A stretch of 64,000 nt of DNA from an uncultured Dehalococcoidia bacterium (GTDB lineage Bacteria > Chloroflexota > Dehalococcoidia > SM23-28-2): positions 32,392 through 96,391 of the forward strand of contig CAZEJO010000002.1 of the NCBI GenBank assembly GCA_964512285.1. Reading direction: 5' to 3'. A model generated the notes under the pieces. The model did not search any database and had not been told where the DNA came from. It saw nothing but the letters and a program-made list of their open reading frames with translations. The translations under genes were made by a program, and so were the position numbers. This document shows positions 25,993-35,456 of the stretch, piece by piece. Position 1 is the stretch's first letter. The number at the start of each line of letters is the position of its first letter.

Positions 25993-27033
25993 ATGGCAAA
26001 GAGAAACGTGGCAGGAACCAGCAAGATCCTCCTGGCTCATGGCAGCGGCGGCCGCCTCAGCCACGAGCTGGTGGCCAAGGAGTTCGTTCCGCCCTGGGCC
26101 AACCCCATCCTCGACCAGCTCAACGACTCGGCCGTGTTCGCCTTGAGCCCGGATGGCACCGGCCCCCGCCTAGCTTTCACCACCGACTCCTACGTGGTGA
26201 AGCCCCTCTTCTTCAAAGGGGGCGACATCGGCCGCCTGGCGGTCTGCGGCACAGTCAACGACCTGGCCATGGTGGGAGCGAAGCCCCTGTACCTTTCGGC
26301 CAGCTTCGTCATCGAGGAGGGGCTGTCCCTGGCCAACATGAGAGCAGTGGTGAAGTCGATGCGCCAGGCGGCGGCTGAGGCGGGCGTGCAGATCGTGACC
26401 GGCGATACGAAGGTGGTGGAGGGAGGCGCCGCCGACGGCCTCTTCGTCAACACCGCCGGCCTGGGCCTGGTGCCGCCTGGGGTAGAGATCGGCGGCAGCA
26501 GGGCCCGCGTGGGCGACGCGATCATCCTCTCGGGCAGTATCGGCGACCACGGCATCGCCGTGATCTCTCAGCGGGAGGGACTGGAGTTCGAGGCGCCGGT
26601 GGACAGCGACGTCGCCCCCCTGAACGGTCTGGTGGCAGCCATGCTGGCGGTCAGCACCAACGTCCGCGTTCTGCGCGACCCCACTCGTGGCGGCCTGGCA
26701 ACCTCCCTCAACGAGATAGCCCAGCAGTCCGGGGTTGGCATCCAGATCGATGAACCAACGATCCCAGTCAAGGATGGCGTATGGGGTGCCTGCGAGATGC
26801 TGGGCTTCGACCCCCTGTACGTGGCCAACGAAGGCAAGCTGGTCACTATCGTCGAGCCTAAAGACGCTGAAAGAATCCTGAGCGTTATGCGAAAGACAAA
26901 GTATGGTGAAGAGGCAGCGATCATCGGGGAGGTAGTCGCCGAGCCGCAGGGCAAGGTTCTGATGAAGACAACTATCGGCGGCACGCGCATCGTCCACATG
27001 CTGGTGGGCGAGATGCTGCCGCGTATCTGTTGA
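25993..27033 (+). CDS. hypE: Hydrogenase maturation factor HypE (carbamoyl dehydratase).
   Basis: PurM-like fold; MAKRNVAGTSKILLAHGSGG start (RBS AAGGAAGG). The track ORF N-extension overlaps hypD. C-terminal ...PRIC. Confidence 0.9.
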   Translation: MAKRNVAGTSKILLAHGSGGRLSHELVAKEFVPPWANPILDQLNDSAVFALSPDGTGPRLAFTTDSYVVKPLFFKGGDIGRLAVCGTVNDLAMVGAKPLYLSASFVIEEGLSLANMRAVVKSMRQAAAEAGVQIVTGDTKVVEGGAADGLFVNTAGLGLVPPGVEIGGSRARVGDAIILSGSIGDHGIAVISQREGLEFEAPVDSDVAPLNGLVAAMLAVSTNVRVLRDPTRGGLATSLNEIAQQSGVGIQIDEPTIPVKDGVWGACEMLGFDPLYVANEGKLVTIVEPKDAERILSVMRKTKYGEEAAIIGEVVAEPQGKVLMKTTIGGTRIVHMLVGEMLPRIC

Positions 27034-27042
27034 GGAGCGGCG

Positions 27043-28380
27043 ATGACAACGCGCGAGAGGGGGAACCGGGCCGATACGGCCAGGCAGGACACGGAAGAGC
27101 TAGCCGCCCTGCTGGACATGTCCATGGCCTTCGCCCAGGCTACCGACCTGGACAGGGTAATGGAGACCGTTCTTGCCCGCAGCACCGCTCTCTATGAGGC
27201 GGCCGATGCCGGCGCTCTCTTCCTCTACAACCCTGATGAGGACTGCCTGGTAGCCAGGGCCTCCATTGGCTACGAGACAGAGCCTCTCTCCCGAGTGCGA
27301 CTGAGGCCGGGAGAGGCCATCGTGGGCAAGGTCTTCAAGCACAGACGAAGCCTGCTGTGCGCCACTCCAGAGCAGATAGCGCTTAACATGGCCAACCTGC
27401 GCAAGGAGAACGAAGCTCACTTCGAAGGGGCCCGCTCCGGCATAAGCCAGCCCCGCAGCGCCATGTGCGCTCCCCTGATTGCTAAGGACTCTGTCCTGGG
27501 AGCCCTGATCCTAGTGAGCCTTCGCCGTCAGGAAGCCTCTTCTCGCCGCCAGAAAGCATTCTCTGCCACCGACCTTCACTTTCTCCAGGGAGTAGCCAAC
27601 CAGATCGCCATTGCTCTCGAGAACGCCCGTCTCTGGTCGGAGGTCTGCCGCGGTCAGGCCGTAACCGAAGCAAACCGCTTCAAAGATGAGTTTCTGGCCA
27701 GCATCTCCCACCAGCTTCTCACCCCCATCACCTCCATCAGAGCTGCCGCCGACCTGCTTAAGGCTTCGCCGACCAAGGAGAGCGAGGCAGCGGACAGCCT
27801 GATAAGCAGCATTGCCCGCAACACCCAGCGCCTTCAGGGTCTAGTGCAGGAACTGCTGGACCTAGCCCGTCTGCAAAGGGGCGAGGCCGTACTCTCACTC
27901 AAGCCCTGGGACCTGAAGACGATCGTAACGGAGAGCGCGGCAGCCATCGAACCCCTCGCCGGGGGGAAGGAACAGGCGCTGGAGGTGGAAATCCCCTCTT
28001 CTTCCTGCCCGGTGCTGGCCGACCGGGGGCGACTGGAGCAAGCGCTGATGAACCTGCTCTCCAACTCCAGCAAATTCACCCCTCGCCACGGTCACATCAG
28101 GACGACCCTCCAGGACAAGGACCGAGAGTATTTGGTGAGTGTCACCGACGATGGTCCCGGCATCCCCCAGGCTGAGCAGAATCAGATCTTCGAGCGCTTC
28201 TATTCGAACTCCCGCGCGCCAGGCGAAAAGACGGGCGCTGGCTTGGGCTTAGCCATCGCCAAGACAGTGGTGGAGCTACACGGAGGGAAAATCTGGGTGA
28301 AGAGCCAGGGCGGCCACGGCAGCACCTTCTTTTTCACCCTTCCCAAGGGGGACAGTCTTGCGGATTCTAGTCGTCGATGA
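27043..28380 (+). CDS. Cytoplasmic sensor histidine kinase with N-terminal GAF domain.
   Basis: GAF region, H-box ISHQLLTPITSIRAAADLL, HATPase_c (GAGLGLAI...GGHGSTFFFTLP). No TM segments. Confidence 0.8.
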   Translation: MTTRERGNRADTARQDTEELAALLDMSMAFAQATDLDRVMETVLARSTALYEAADAGALFLYNPDEDCLVARASIGYETEPLSRVRLRPGEAIVGKVFKHRRSLLCATPEQIALNMANLRKENEAHFEGARSGISQPRSAMCAPLIAKDSVLGALILVSLRRQEASSRRQKAFSATDLHFLQGVANQIAIALENARLWSEVCRGQAVTEANRFKDEFLASISHQLLTPITSIRAAADLLKASPTKESEAADSLISSIARNTQRLQGLVQELLDLARLQRGEAVLSLKPWDLKTIVTESAAAIEPLAGGKEQALEVEIPSSSCPVLADRGRLEQALMNLLSNSSKFTPRHGHIRTTLQDKDREYLVSVTDDGPGIPQAEQNQIFERFYSNSRAPGEKTGAGLGLAIAKTVVELHGGKIWVKSQGGHGSTFFFTLPKGDSLADSSRR

Positions 28381-29080
28381 CGAGCCCGATGTGGTAGAGG
28401 TCATCGAGCTTACCTTCAGGCTTCAGTGGCCGGGGAGCGAGGTGATAGCGGCCGCCGATGGCGAGTCGGCTCTGAAGGTCTTTCAAACAGGACAGCCGGA
28501 CGTGGTTGTCTTGGACGTAGGCCTCCCAGGGATGAGCGGCTTCGAGATCTGCCGCCGCCTGCGGGCGATCTCCGACGTGCCTATCCTCATGCTCACCGTC
28601 AGGGGCGAGGAACTGGATCGCCTCAAGGGCCTCGATCTGGGGGCCGACGATTACATCGTCAAGCCCTTCAGCCCACTGGAACTGGTGGCACGCACCCGAG
28701 CCGTGCTGCGCCGCTCCCAGATAGCGCCCATGCTAACCACCTCCCGCATCATCGTCGATGAGGAGCTTACCCTGGACTTGGACAACCGCGAGGTTATCCT
28801 CCGTGGCCAGCCAGTGAAGCTGACACCCACCGAGAGCCGCATTCTCTCTCAGCTTGTAGCCAACGCCGGCCACGTCGTCACTCAGAAGATGCTCCTAGCC
28901 AAGGTGTGGGGATGGGAAAGCGAGGATGATATGCTCATGCTCAAGGTGCATATCGCTCGCTTGCGCGAAAAATTGGACGACGATGCCTACAACCCCCGCT
29001 ACATCTTCACCGAACGAGGCCTAGGCTACCGTTTCGTCAGACCAGCCACGGTTCCCTTCCCTCCTCCTTCCTCCCCATGA
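28358..29080 (+). CDS. OmpR/PhoB-family response regulator (receiver + winged helix).
   Basis: MRILVVDDEPDV...DVGLPGMSGFEI receiver domain; C-terminal ...HIARLREKLDD...GYRF winged helix. Confidence 0.85.
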   Translation: MRILVVDDEPDVVEVIELTFRLQWPGSEVIAAADGESALKVFQTGQPDVVVLDVGLPGMSGFEICRRLRAISDVPILMLTVRGEELDRLKGLDLGADDYIVKPFSPLELVARTRAVLRRSQIAPMLTTSRIIVDEELTLDLDNREVILRGQPVKLTPTESRILSQLVANAGHVVTQKMLLAKVWGWESEDDMLMLKVHIARLREKLDDDAYNPRYIFTERGLGYRFVRPATVPFPPPSSP

Positions 29081-29103
29081 CGCCGTGCCCCTCGATTGAC
29101 AGA

Positions 29104-29144
29104 ATGTAACCTTTCTGTTACCTGGTGTAACCCGCTATGTTACC
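29104..29144 (+). promoter_or_regulatory. Four direct repeats TGTAACC / TGTTACC / TGTAACC / TGTTACC at 10-12 bp spacing (candidate OmpR-family regulator binding array) upstream of the hdr-mvh operon.
   Basis: Read from the sequence: aaTGTAACCtttcTGTTACCtggTGTAACCcgctaTGTTACC. Located 24-64 bp after the regulator stop and 85 bp before the hdrD-like start. Confidence 0.4.
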
Positions 29145-29228
29145 TCTTTCGTGTAGGATTTCCCAGGGGAACCTTAGCTGAAGGCTCAGCCGGCTCCTGT
29201 CGGCTAGAGCGGAAATGGACGGCGATAA

Positions 29229-30380
29229 ATGGTAAGACAAATTGCTAACCCCTACAAAGAGGCGGTGGACATCGTCAAGGAGATGGGGGGTGAGGCACTC
29301 AGGCTGTGCTATCAGTGCGGCCTGTGTACCGGTGCCTGCCCCTGGAATGCCTTGAAGAGCTTCCCAGTCCGCAAGCTAATCCACGAGGTGCAACTGGGGC
29401 TTGTCGACTTCGAGAGCGAGGACATGTGGACGTGCGTCACCTGTGGCAACTGCGTCCAGCAATGCCCCCGCGGCGTCGAGATCATCGACGTGATGAGGGC
29501 CATGCGCCGCACCATCGTTGGCATGGGCGTCGGGCCGGTTCCCGACTCCTTACGCGTCACCATGAAGAACCTCGCTGGCACCGGCAATCCCTGGGGTGAA
29601 CCCCCGGAGAAGCGAGCTGACTGGGCTCAAGCCCTGAATGTCAAGCCGTTCAGCAACGGCACTCAGCTTCTGTACTTCCCCTGCTGTACCACCGCCTATG
29701 ACTCGAGCGTCAGTCGCATAGGCAAGGCTACGGCGACCATTCTTCAGAAGGCAGGGATAGATTTCGGTATCCTGGGCTCCAAGGAGACCTGCTGCGGCGA
29801 GAGCGCGCGCAAGGCGGGCGACGAGGAGCTGTTCCAACGGCTGGTCCAAGAGAACACGGCCGCCTTCGCCGAAAACGGCGTCAAGAACATAGTCGTTTCC
29901 TCGCCCCACTGCTACTACACCTTCAAGAACGAATACCCCATGGCGCAGAACGGCGTCCAGGTCATGCATTCCACCCAGTTCCTGGCCGGACTCATCCGAG
30001 AGGGCAAGATAAAATTCAGCAAAGAGATAAAGAAGAAGGTCGCCTATCACGACCCCTGCTACCTGGGACGCCACAGCGGCGTCTTTGACGAGCCACGCGA
30101 GATCCTGAGCAGCATTCCCGGCCTGGAGCTGGTGGAGATGGCCAATCATCACGAGAATAGCATCTGCTGCGGTGGTGGCGGCGGCCAGGTATGGATGGAG
30201 ACCAAGCCGGGCGAGAGGCTGGCCGAGGTGCGCGCGGAGCAGGCTCTGGACGTGGGTGCTGAGGTGCTGGCTCTGGCCTGCCCCTACTGCATGCTTATGT
30301 TTGAAGGCTGCCTGACGCAGGACGTGCTGGATCGGCTGGAGTTAAGGGATATCACCGAGTTGGTTGCGGAGGCTATGTAG
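29229..30380 (+). CDS. HdrD-like iron-sulfur protein (HdrC-HdrB fusion: 2x[4Fe-4S] ferredoxin motifs + two CCG domains), soluble.
   Basis: CYQCGLCTGACP and CVTCGNCVQQCP motifs. CCG domains CCTTAYD...CCGESARK and DPCYLGRH...CCGGGGG...CPYCMLMFEGC. Confidence 0.75.
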   Translation: MVRQIANPYKEAVDIVKEMGGEALRLCYQCGLCTGACPWNALKSFPVRKLIHEVQLGLVDFESEDMWTCVTCGNCVQQCPRGVEIIDVMRAMRRTIVGMGVGPVPDSLRVTMKNLAGTGNPWGEPPEKRADWAQALNVKPFSNGTQLLYFPCCTTAYDSSVSRIGKATATILQKAGIDFGILGSKETCCGESARKAGDEELFQRLVQENTAAFAENGVKNIVVSSPHCYYTFKNEYPMAQNGVQVMHSTQFLAGLIREGKIKFSKEIKKKVAYHDPCYLGRHSGVFDEPREILSSIPGLELVEMANHHENSICCGGGGGQVWMETKPGERLAEVRAEQALDVGAEVLALACPYCMLMFEGCLTQDVLDRLELRDITELVAEAM

Positions 30381-30382
30381 CC

Positions 30383-32365
30383 ATGGAAGAACCAAGGATC
30401 GGCGTATTTGTCTGCCACTGCGGGAGCAACATTGCGGACACCGTAGATGTTGACGAGGTGAGGGAGTTCGCCAGCGGCCTGCCCGGGGTTGCGTCAGCCC
30501 TGGACTATAAGTTCATGTGCTCCGAGCCCGGACAGCTCCTAATCAAGGAGAACATAGAGAAGCTGCATCTCAATCGGGTGGTGGTGGCTTCCTGTTCCCC
30601 CCGCATGCACGAGATTACCTTTCGCAAGGCCGTGGCTGAGGCGGGGATGAACCCCTACCTCTTTCAGATGGCCAACATCCGCGAGCATGATTCCTGGGTC
30701 CACAAGGACGGCGCCACTGAGAAGGCCAAAGCCCTGATCCACGCCGCCGTCGAGAGGGCTAGCGTGCTGGAGCCTCTGGAGAGAAAGGAAGTGCCGGTAA
30801 CTCCCACTGTGTTGATAGTGGGTGCCGGCATTGCCGGCATCCAGGCGGCCCTGAACATCGCTGAATCCGATCACAAAGTCTACCTGGTGGAGCGAGAGCC
30901 CTCCGTCGGCGGCCGCATGATCCAGCTAGACAAGACCTTCCCCACTCTGGACTGCTCATCCTGCATTCTCACGCCCAAGATGGCTTCCGTCGGATCCCAT
31001 CCCAACATCGAGCTTATGACCTACAGCGAGGTGGAGGAGGTCTCCGGTTACATCGGCAACTTCAAGGTCAAGGTCAGGAAGAAGCCTCGCTACGTGGACT
31101 CAGAGCTCTGCAACGGCTGCGGCCTTTGTATGGAGAAGTGCCCCTGGAAGACGGACAGCGAGTTCGATATGGGGCTGGGCAAGCGCAAGGCGATCTACAC
31201 ACCCTTCCCCCAGGCGGTACCCAACGTGCCGGTCATCGACACGGAGACCTGCGTCTACTTCAAGAAGGGGACCTGTAGGGCCTGCGAGAAGCTCTGTCCC
31301 ACGGGAGCCATCGCCTTCGATCAGAAGGAGGAGATCGTCGAGCTAGAGGTGGGGGCGATAATCGTGGCCACCGGCTACGACCTTTTCGACCCCTCTCCTA
31401 TAACTCAATACGGCTACAAGCGCCTGGACAACGTTATCACTAGCCTGGAGTTCGAGAGGATGTGCAGCGCCACCGGCCCTACCGGCGGTGAGCTGGTGCT
31501 GAAGGATGGCAGCACTCCCCAGAGCGTGGCCATCATCCACTGCGTGGGCAGCCGCGACAAGAACTACTATGAGTACTGCTCGCGCGTCTGCTGCATGTAT
31601 GCCCTCAAATACTCCCACCTGATAAAGGAGAAGACCGAGGCAGACGTATATCAGCTCTACATCGATATGCGCTGCTACGGAAAGGGCTTCGAGGAGTTCT
31701 ATCAGCGCCTGTCCGACGAGGGCGTCAACTTCGTGCGGGGCAAGGTTGCCCAGGTCACCGACCAGGCGATAAACGATGAAGAGAAGGGCAAGCTGGTGCT
31801 GGTCAGTGAGGACACCCTCCTGGGCAGGATGGTGCGCATCCCGGTGGACATGGTCATTCTCTGTCCGGCCATGGTGCCGCGGGCCGATGTCGAGGAAGTG
31901 GCCAGGCGTTTCCTCATCAGCCGAGGCGCCGATGGGTTCTTCTTGGAGAAGCACCCCAAACTGGAGCCGGTGGCCACCGCCAGTGCTGGTGTGTTCGTGG
32001 TCGGCTGTGCCCAGGGGCCCAAGGACATCCCGGACACCGTGGCTCAGGCCTCGGCGGGGGCAGCAGAGGCCCTGTCACTAATCGACAGAGGAACAGTGGA
32101 GGTCGAGGCCGCCACTGCCGTAGTGAATGAGGAGATCTGCTCTGGCTGCAAGATCTGTCTGAACCTCTGCCCCTACAATGCCATCGCCTTCGATGAGGAG
32201 AAGAAGGTGGCCGAGATCAACGACATTCTCTGCAAGGGGTGCGGCGTTTGCGTTGCCGCCTGTCCTTCCGCCGCCATTACCGGCCGCCACTTCACCGACA
32301 AGCAGATCTTCGCCGAGATCGAGGGTCTGCTAGCGGACATCAAGCTACCCTTGGTGGCAGTTTAA
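30383..32365 (+). CDS. hdrA: Heterodisulfide reductase subunit A-like flavoprotein (HdrA).
   Basis: N-terminal VCHCGSNI motif, FAD-binding GAGIAGIQAAL, inserted and C-terminal 2x[4Fe-4S] ferredoxin motifs (CSGCKICLNLCP...CKGCGVCVAACP); 660 aa. Confidence 0.85.
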   Translation: MEEPRIGVFVCHCGSNIADTVDVDEVREFASGLPGVASALDYKFMCSEPGQLLIKENIEKLHLNRVVVASCSPRMHEITFRKAVAEAGMNPYLFQMANIREHDSWVHKDGATEKAKALIHAAVERASVLEPLERKEVPVTPTVLIVGAGIAGIQAALNIAESDHKVYLVEREPSVGGRMIQLDKTFPTLDCSSCILTPKMASVGSHPNIELMTYSEVEEVSGYIGNFKVKVRKKPRYVDSELCNGCGLCMEKCPWKTDSEFDMGLGKRKAIYTPFPQAVPNVPVIDTETCVYFKKGTCRACEKLCPTGAIAFDQKEEIVELEVGAIIVATGYDLFDPSPITQYGYKRLDNVITSLEFERMCSATGPTGGELVLKDGSTPQSVAIIHCVGSRDKNYYEYCSRVCCMYALKYSHLIKEKTEADVYQLYIDMRCYGKGFEEFYQRLSDEGVNFVRGKVAQVTDQAINDEEKGKLVLVSEDTLLGRMVRIPVDMVILCPAMVPRADVEEVARRFLISRGADGFFLEKHPKLEPVATASAGVFVVGCAQGPKDIPDTVAQASAGAAEALSLIDRGTVEVEAATAVVNEEICSGCKICLNLCPYNAIAFDEEKKVAEINDILCKGCGVCVAACPSAAITGRHFTDKQIFAEIEGLLADIKLPLVAV

Positions 32366-32381
32366 GGAGGCGCAGTTAGCC

Positions 32382-32858
32382 ATGGTATCGGGCAACTACG
32401 AGCCGACGATCGTAGGGTTCCTGTGTAACTGGTGCGCCTACCAAGGAGCGGACCTAGCCGGCACGGCGCGCATGGAGTACCCCCCTAACGTGCGCCCGGT
32501 GCGGGTGATGTGCACCGGCCGTATTGACCCTACCTTTATCCTGAAGGCCTTCGCCGAAGGAGCCGACGGCGTGCTGGTTGGTGGCTGCCACCCGGGCGAC
32601 TGCCACTATCTGGAGGGCAACTACAAGGCCATCCGCCGCATCACTATGGTGCGCAGGATGCTGGAACAGTTCGGAATCGAGCCCGAGCGCTTCCGCCTGG
32701 AGTGGGTCTCCGCCAGTGAAGGAGCCAAGTGGGCCAAGGTAGTGAAGGAGATGACCGAGCAGGTGAGAGCCTTGGGCCCACTCCAGTGGTGGGAGAACGT
32801 TAGGGAGGCCCAAGATGCTGAGTCTGTGGCCTTGGGCTCGGCGGAAGGCCGACGATAA
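32382..32858 (+). CDS. mvhD: MvhD (methyl-viologen-reducing hydrogenase delta subunit, [2Fe-2S]).
   Basis: GFLCNWCAYQGADLAG...VMCTGRIDP...GGCHPGDCHY signature. Confidence 0.85.
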   Translation: MVSGNYEPTIVGFLCNWCAYQGADLAGTARMEYPPNVRPVRVMCTGRIDPTFILKAFAEGADGVLVGGCHPGDCHYLEGNYKAIRRITMVRRMLEQFGIEPERFRLEWVSASEGAKWAKVVKEMTEQVRALGPLQWWENVREAQDAESVALGSAEGRR

Positions 32859-32904
32859 GGCTGAGACGAAGGCCGAGAGCTCGAGGGCATCAGGGAGGCC
32901 TAGC

Positions 32905-33909
32905 ATGGCAAAACCTAAGATGGCTCTGTATTGGGCAGCTAGCTGTGGTGGCTGTGAGATAGCTGTGGTGCGGCTGTACGAGAAGATTCTAGACGTGGCC
33001 AACACCTTCGAGATCGTTCTCTGGCCGTGCATTATGGACTTCAAGTACAAGGACGTAGAGGCGCTGCCGGAGAAGAGCATTCTGATAACTCTCTTCAATG
33101 GCGCCATCAGGAACTCCGAGCAGGAGCACATGGCCCACATGCTACGGGAGAAGTCCCAGATTCTGGTCGCCTACGGGGCCTGCTCCCACCTGGGCGGCAT
33201 CCCCGGCCTGGGCAACGTCACCAACCGCCAGGGGGTTTTCGAGAGCAGCTACCGCGAGACGCCCTCTACCGTTAACGAGGAAGGCACCTATCCTCAGCTA
33301 AGCTTCCAGGTGCCCGAGGGAGAGCTTACACTGCCCGAGTTCTACGACACTGTCCGCGCCCTCAACCAGGTAGTGCCGGTCGATTACTACATCCCCGGCT
33401 GCCCACCAACGAAGGAGCAGACGGAAGCAGTGATCCAACTGCTGGTACAGGTGGTGACAGAGGGGGCGGAACTGCCTCCAGCCGGCTCGGTGATCGGGGC
33501 ATCAGGCAAGACGGTGTGCGCTGACTGCCCTCGCACCAGGGAGGAAAAGTCGATCAAAGCCATACACCGCACCTACCAGATCATCCCCGACCCCGAGAAG
33601 TGCCTTCTGGACCAGGGCATCCTCTGTGCCGGGCCCGCCACCCGTGGCGGCTGTAGCGCGCCCTGTCCCCAGGTGAACATGCCCTGCATCGGCTGCTACG
33701 GGCCAGCGCCGGGAGCGGTGGATCAGGGAGCCAAGCTTCTGAGCGCAGTGACATCTAATATCGATTCCAAGGATCCGGAAGAGATCGAACGAATACTGGA
33801 CGGCATTCCCGACTCCATCGCCGCCTTCTACATGTTCGGCTTGCCCTCATCGCTTCTGCGCCGCCGGAAGCTGGAGCGCGAGGCAGCGACGGCCGAGGCC
33901 TCGCGGTAG
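32905..33909 (+). CDS. [NiFe]-hydrogenase small subunit, group 3 (MvhG-like).
   Basis: MAKPKMALYWAASCGGCEIAVV... (NuoB/20-kDa-like proximal cluster motif), CxxC distal cluster motifs. Proposed start at 32905 with RBS GGGAGG; the track ORF starts at 32815. Confidence 0.8.
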   Translation: MAKPKMALYWAASCGGCEIAVVRLYEKILDVANTFEIVLWPCIMDFKYKDVEALPEKSILITLFNGAIRNSEQEHMAHMLREKSQILVAYGACSHLGGIPGLGNVTNRQGVFESSYRETPSTVNEEGTYPQLSFQVPEGELTLPEFYDTVRALNQVVPVDYYIPGCPPTKEQTEAVIQLLVQVVTEGAELPPAGSVIGASGKTVCADCPRTREEKSIKAIHRTYQIIPDPEKCLLDQGILCAGPATRGGCSAPCPQVNMPCIGCYGPAPGAVDQGAKLLSAVTSNIDSKDPEEIERILDGIPDSIAAFYMFGLPSSLLRRRKLEREAATAEASR

Positions 33910-33968
33910 CGTCCAGGGCTTTCTGAGGCCGTAACGTGGAGTGACAGGGAGCGAGGAGCAAAGAAGAG

Positions 33969-35453
33969 ATGACAGAGGCTAAGGTGGAGACGCGGCGAAT
34001 AAGCATTGACCCCATCACCCGGCTGGAGGGGCACGGCCGCATCGAGATCTTCCTCAACGATGAGGGGGACGTGCAAAACGCCTACTTCCAGGTGCCGGAG
34101 CTGCGGGGATTCGAGAAGTTCTGCGAGGGGCGGCCGGTGGAAACCCTCCCCGTCATTACCGCCCGCATCTGCGGAGTGTGCCCCGAGGCCCACCACATGT
34201 GCTCCACCAAGGCCCTCGATGCAGTCTTCAAGGTGGATCCCCCCTCTGCGGCCAAGAAGCTGCGAGAGCTTCTGTATAGCGCCTTCTACGTGGCCGACCA
34301 CGCCACCCATTTCTACGCCTTAGGCGGCCCCGACTTTGTGGTGGGGCCGGACGCCCCCGCCGCCGAACGCAACATCGTCGGCGTCATCGGCAAGGTGGGC
34401 ATGGAGATCGGCGGCCAGGTGCTGAAGGCTCTGGCTGCTACCCACGAAGTGGTGGCCATGCTCGGCGGCAAGTACATCCACCCTACCTGCGGCGTGCCCG
34501 GCGGCATAAGCAAGGGCCTCACCGAAGAAGAGCGGGCCAAGGTCGAGGAGATCGCCAAGGCTGCGATAGAGTTCGGCAAGCTGACCATCAAGATCGTGGA
34601 CGACGTAGTGCTGGCCAACAAGGCCTACGTGGACATGATTCTGAGTGACACCTTCGCCCATCAGACCTACTACATGGGCCTGGTGGACGAAAACAACCAC
34701 GTGAACTTCTACGACGGCCATCTGCGGGTGGTCAACCAGCAGGGCAAGGAAGTGGCCAAGTTCCACCCGTCTCAGTACCTGGACTACATTGGCGAGCACG
34801 TGGAGCCGTGGTCGTATCTCAAGTTCCCCTTCCTCAAGAAGGTCGGCTGGAACGGCCTGACGGACGGGCCGAATAGCGGCATCTACCGGGTGGCTCCCCT
34901 GGCCCGCCTCAACGCCGCCGACGGTATGGCTACTCCCCTCGCTCAAGCGGAGTACGAGCGGTTCTACTCCACCCTGGGCGGCAAGCCCGTTCACGCTACG
35001 CTGGCCACCCACTGGGCGCGCGTTATCGAGCTGGTGTACGCCGCCGAGCGCCTGATGGAGCTGGCCACTGATCCGGAGATAACCAGCACCGACATCCGCA
35101 CCATTCCCACGGAGACTCCAGGCGAAGGCGTGGGAGTGGTGGAGGCACCGCGGGGAGTCCTCATTCACCACTACTGGGCAGACGAGAATGCCTTGGCGAA
35201 GAAGGTCAACCTGATCGTAGGAACGGGTCACAACAACGGTGCCATCGCTATGTCCATCAACAAGGCGGCTAAGGGCCTGATCAAAAAGGGCACAGTGGTC
35301 ACCGATGGTCTCCTCAACACCATCGAGATGGCATTCCGGGCCTACGACCCCTGCTTGGCCTGCGCCACCCACTCCTTGCCCGGCCAGATGCCCCTAGTCG
35401 TCAGCATCTACGACAGCCAAGGGAACCTCGTCCAGCGCCTCAGAAGGGACTAG
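33969..35453 (+). CDS. [NiFe]-hydrogenase large subunit, group 3 (MvhA-like).
   Basis: N-terminal RICGVC and C-terminal DPCLACATH Ni-Fe ligand motifs, with a 26-aa C-terminal extension for protease processing. Confidence 0.9.
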   Translation: MTEAKVETRRISIDPITRLEGHGRIEIFLNDEGDVQNAYFQVPELRGFEKFCEGRPVETLPVITARICGVCPEAHHMCSTKALDAVFKVDPPSAAKKLRELLYSAFYVADHATHFYALGGPDFVVGPDAPAAERNIVGVIGKVGMEIGGQVLKALAATHEVVAMLGGKYIHPTCGVPGGISKGLTEEERAKVEEIAKAAIEFGKLTIKIVDDVVLANKAYVDMILSDTFAHQTYYMGLVDENNHVNFYDGHLRVVNQQGKEVAKFHPSQYLDYIGEHVEPWSYLKFPFLKKVGWNGLTDGPNSGIYRVAPLARLNAADGMATPLAQAEYERFYSTLGGKPVHATLATHWARVIELVYAAERLMELATDPEITSTDIRTIPTETPGEGVGVVEAPRGVLIHHYWADENALAKKVNLIVGTGHNNGAIAMSINKAAKGLIKKGTVVTDGLLNTIEMAFRAYDPCLACATHSLPGQMPLVVSIYDSQGNLVQRLRRD

Positions 35454-35456
35454 TGA

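Noticed and set aside
29229-32365. Selenocysteine (in-frame TGA) in the Hdr/Mvh subunits.
   Set aside because: All subunits read through as continuous ORFs with Cys at the expected positions. No in-frame TGA is needed.
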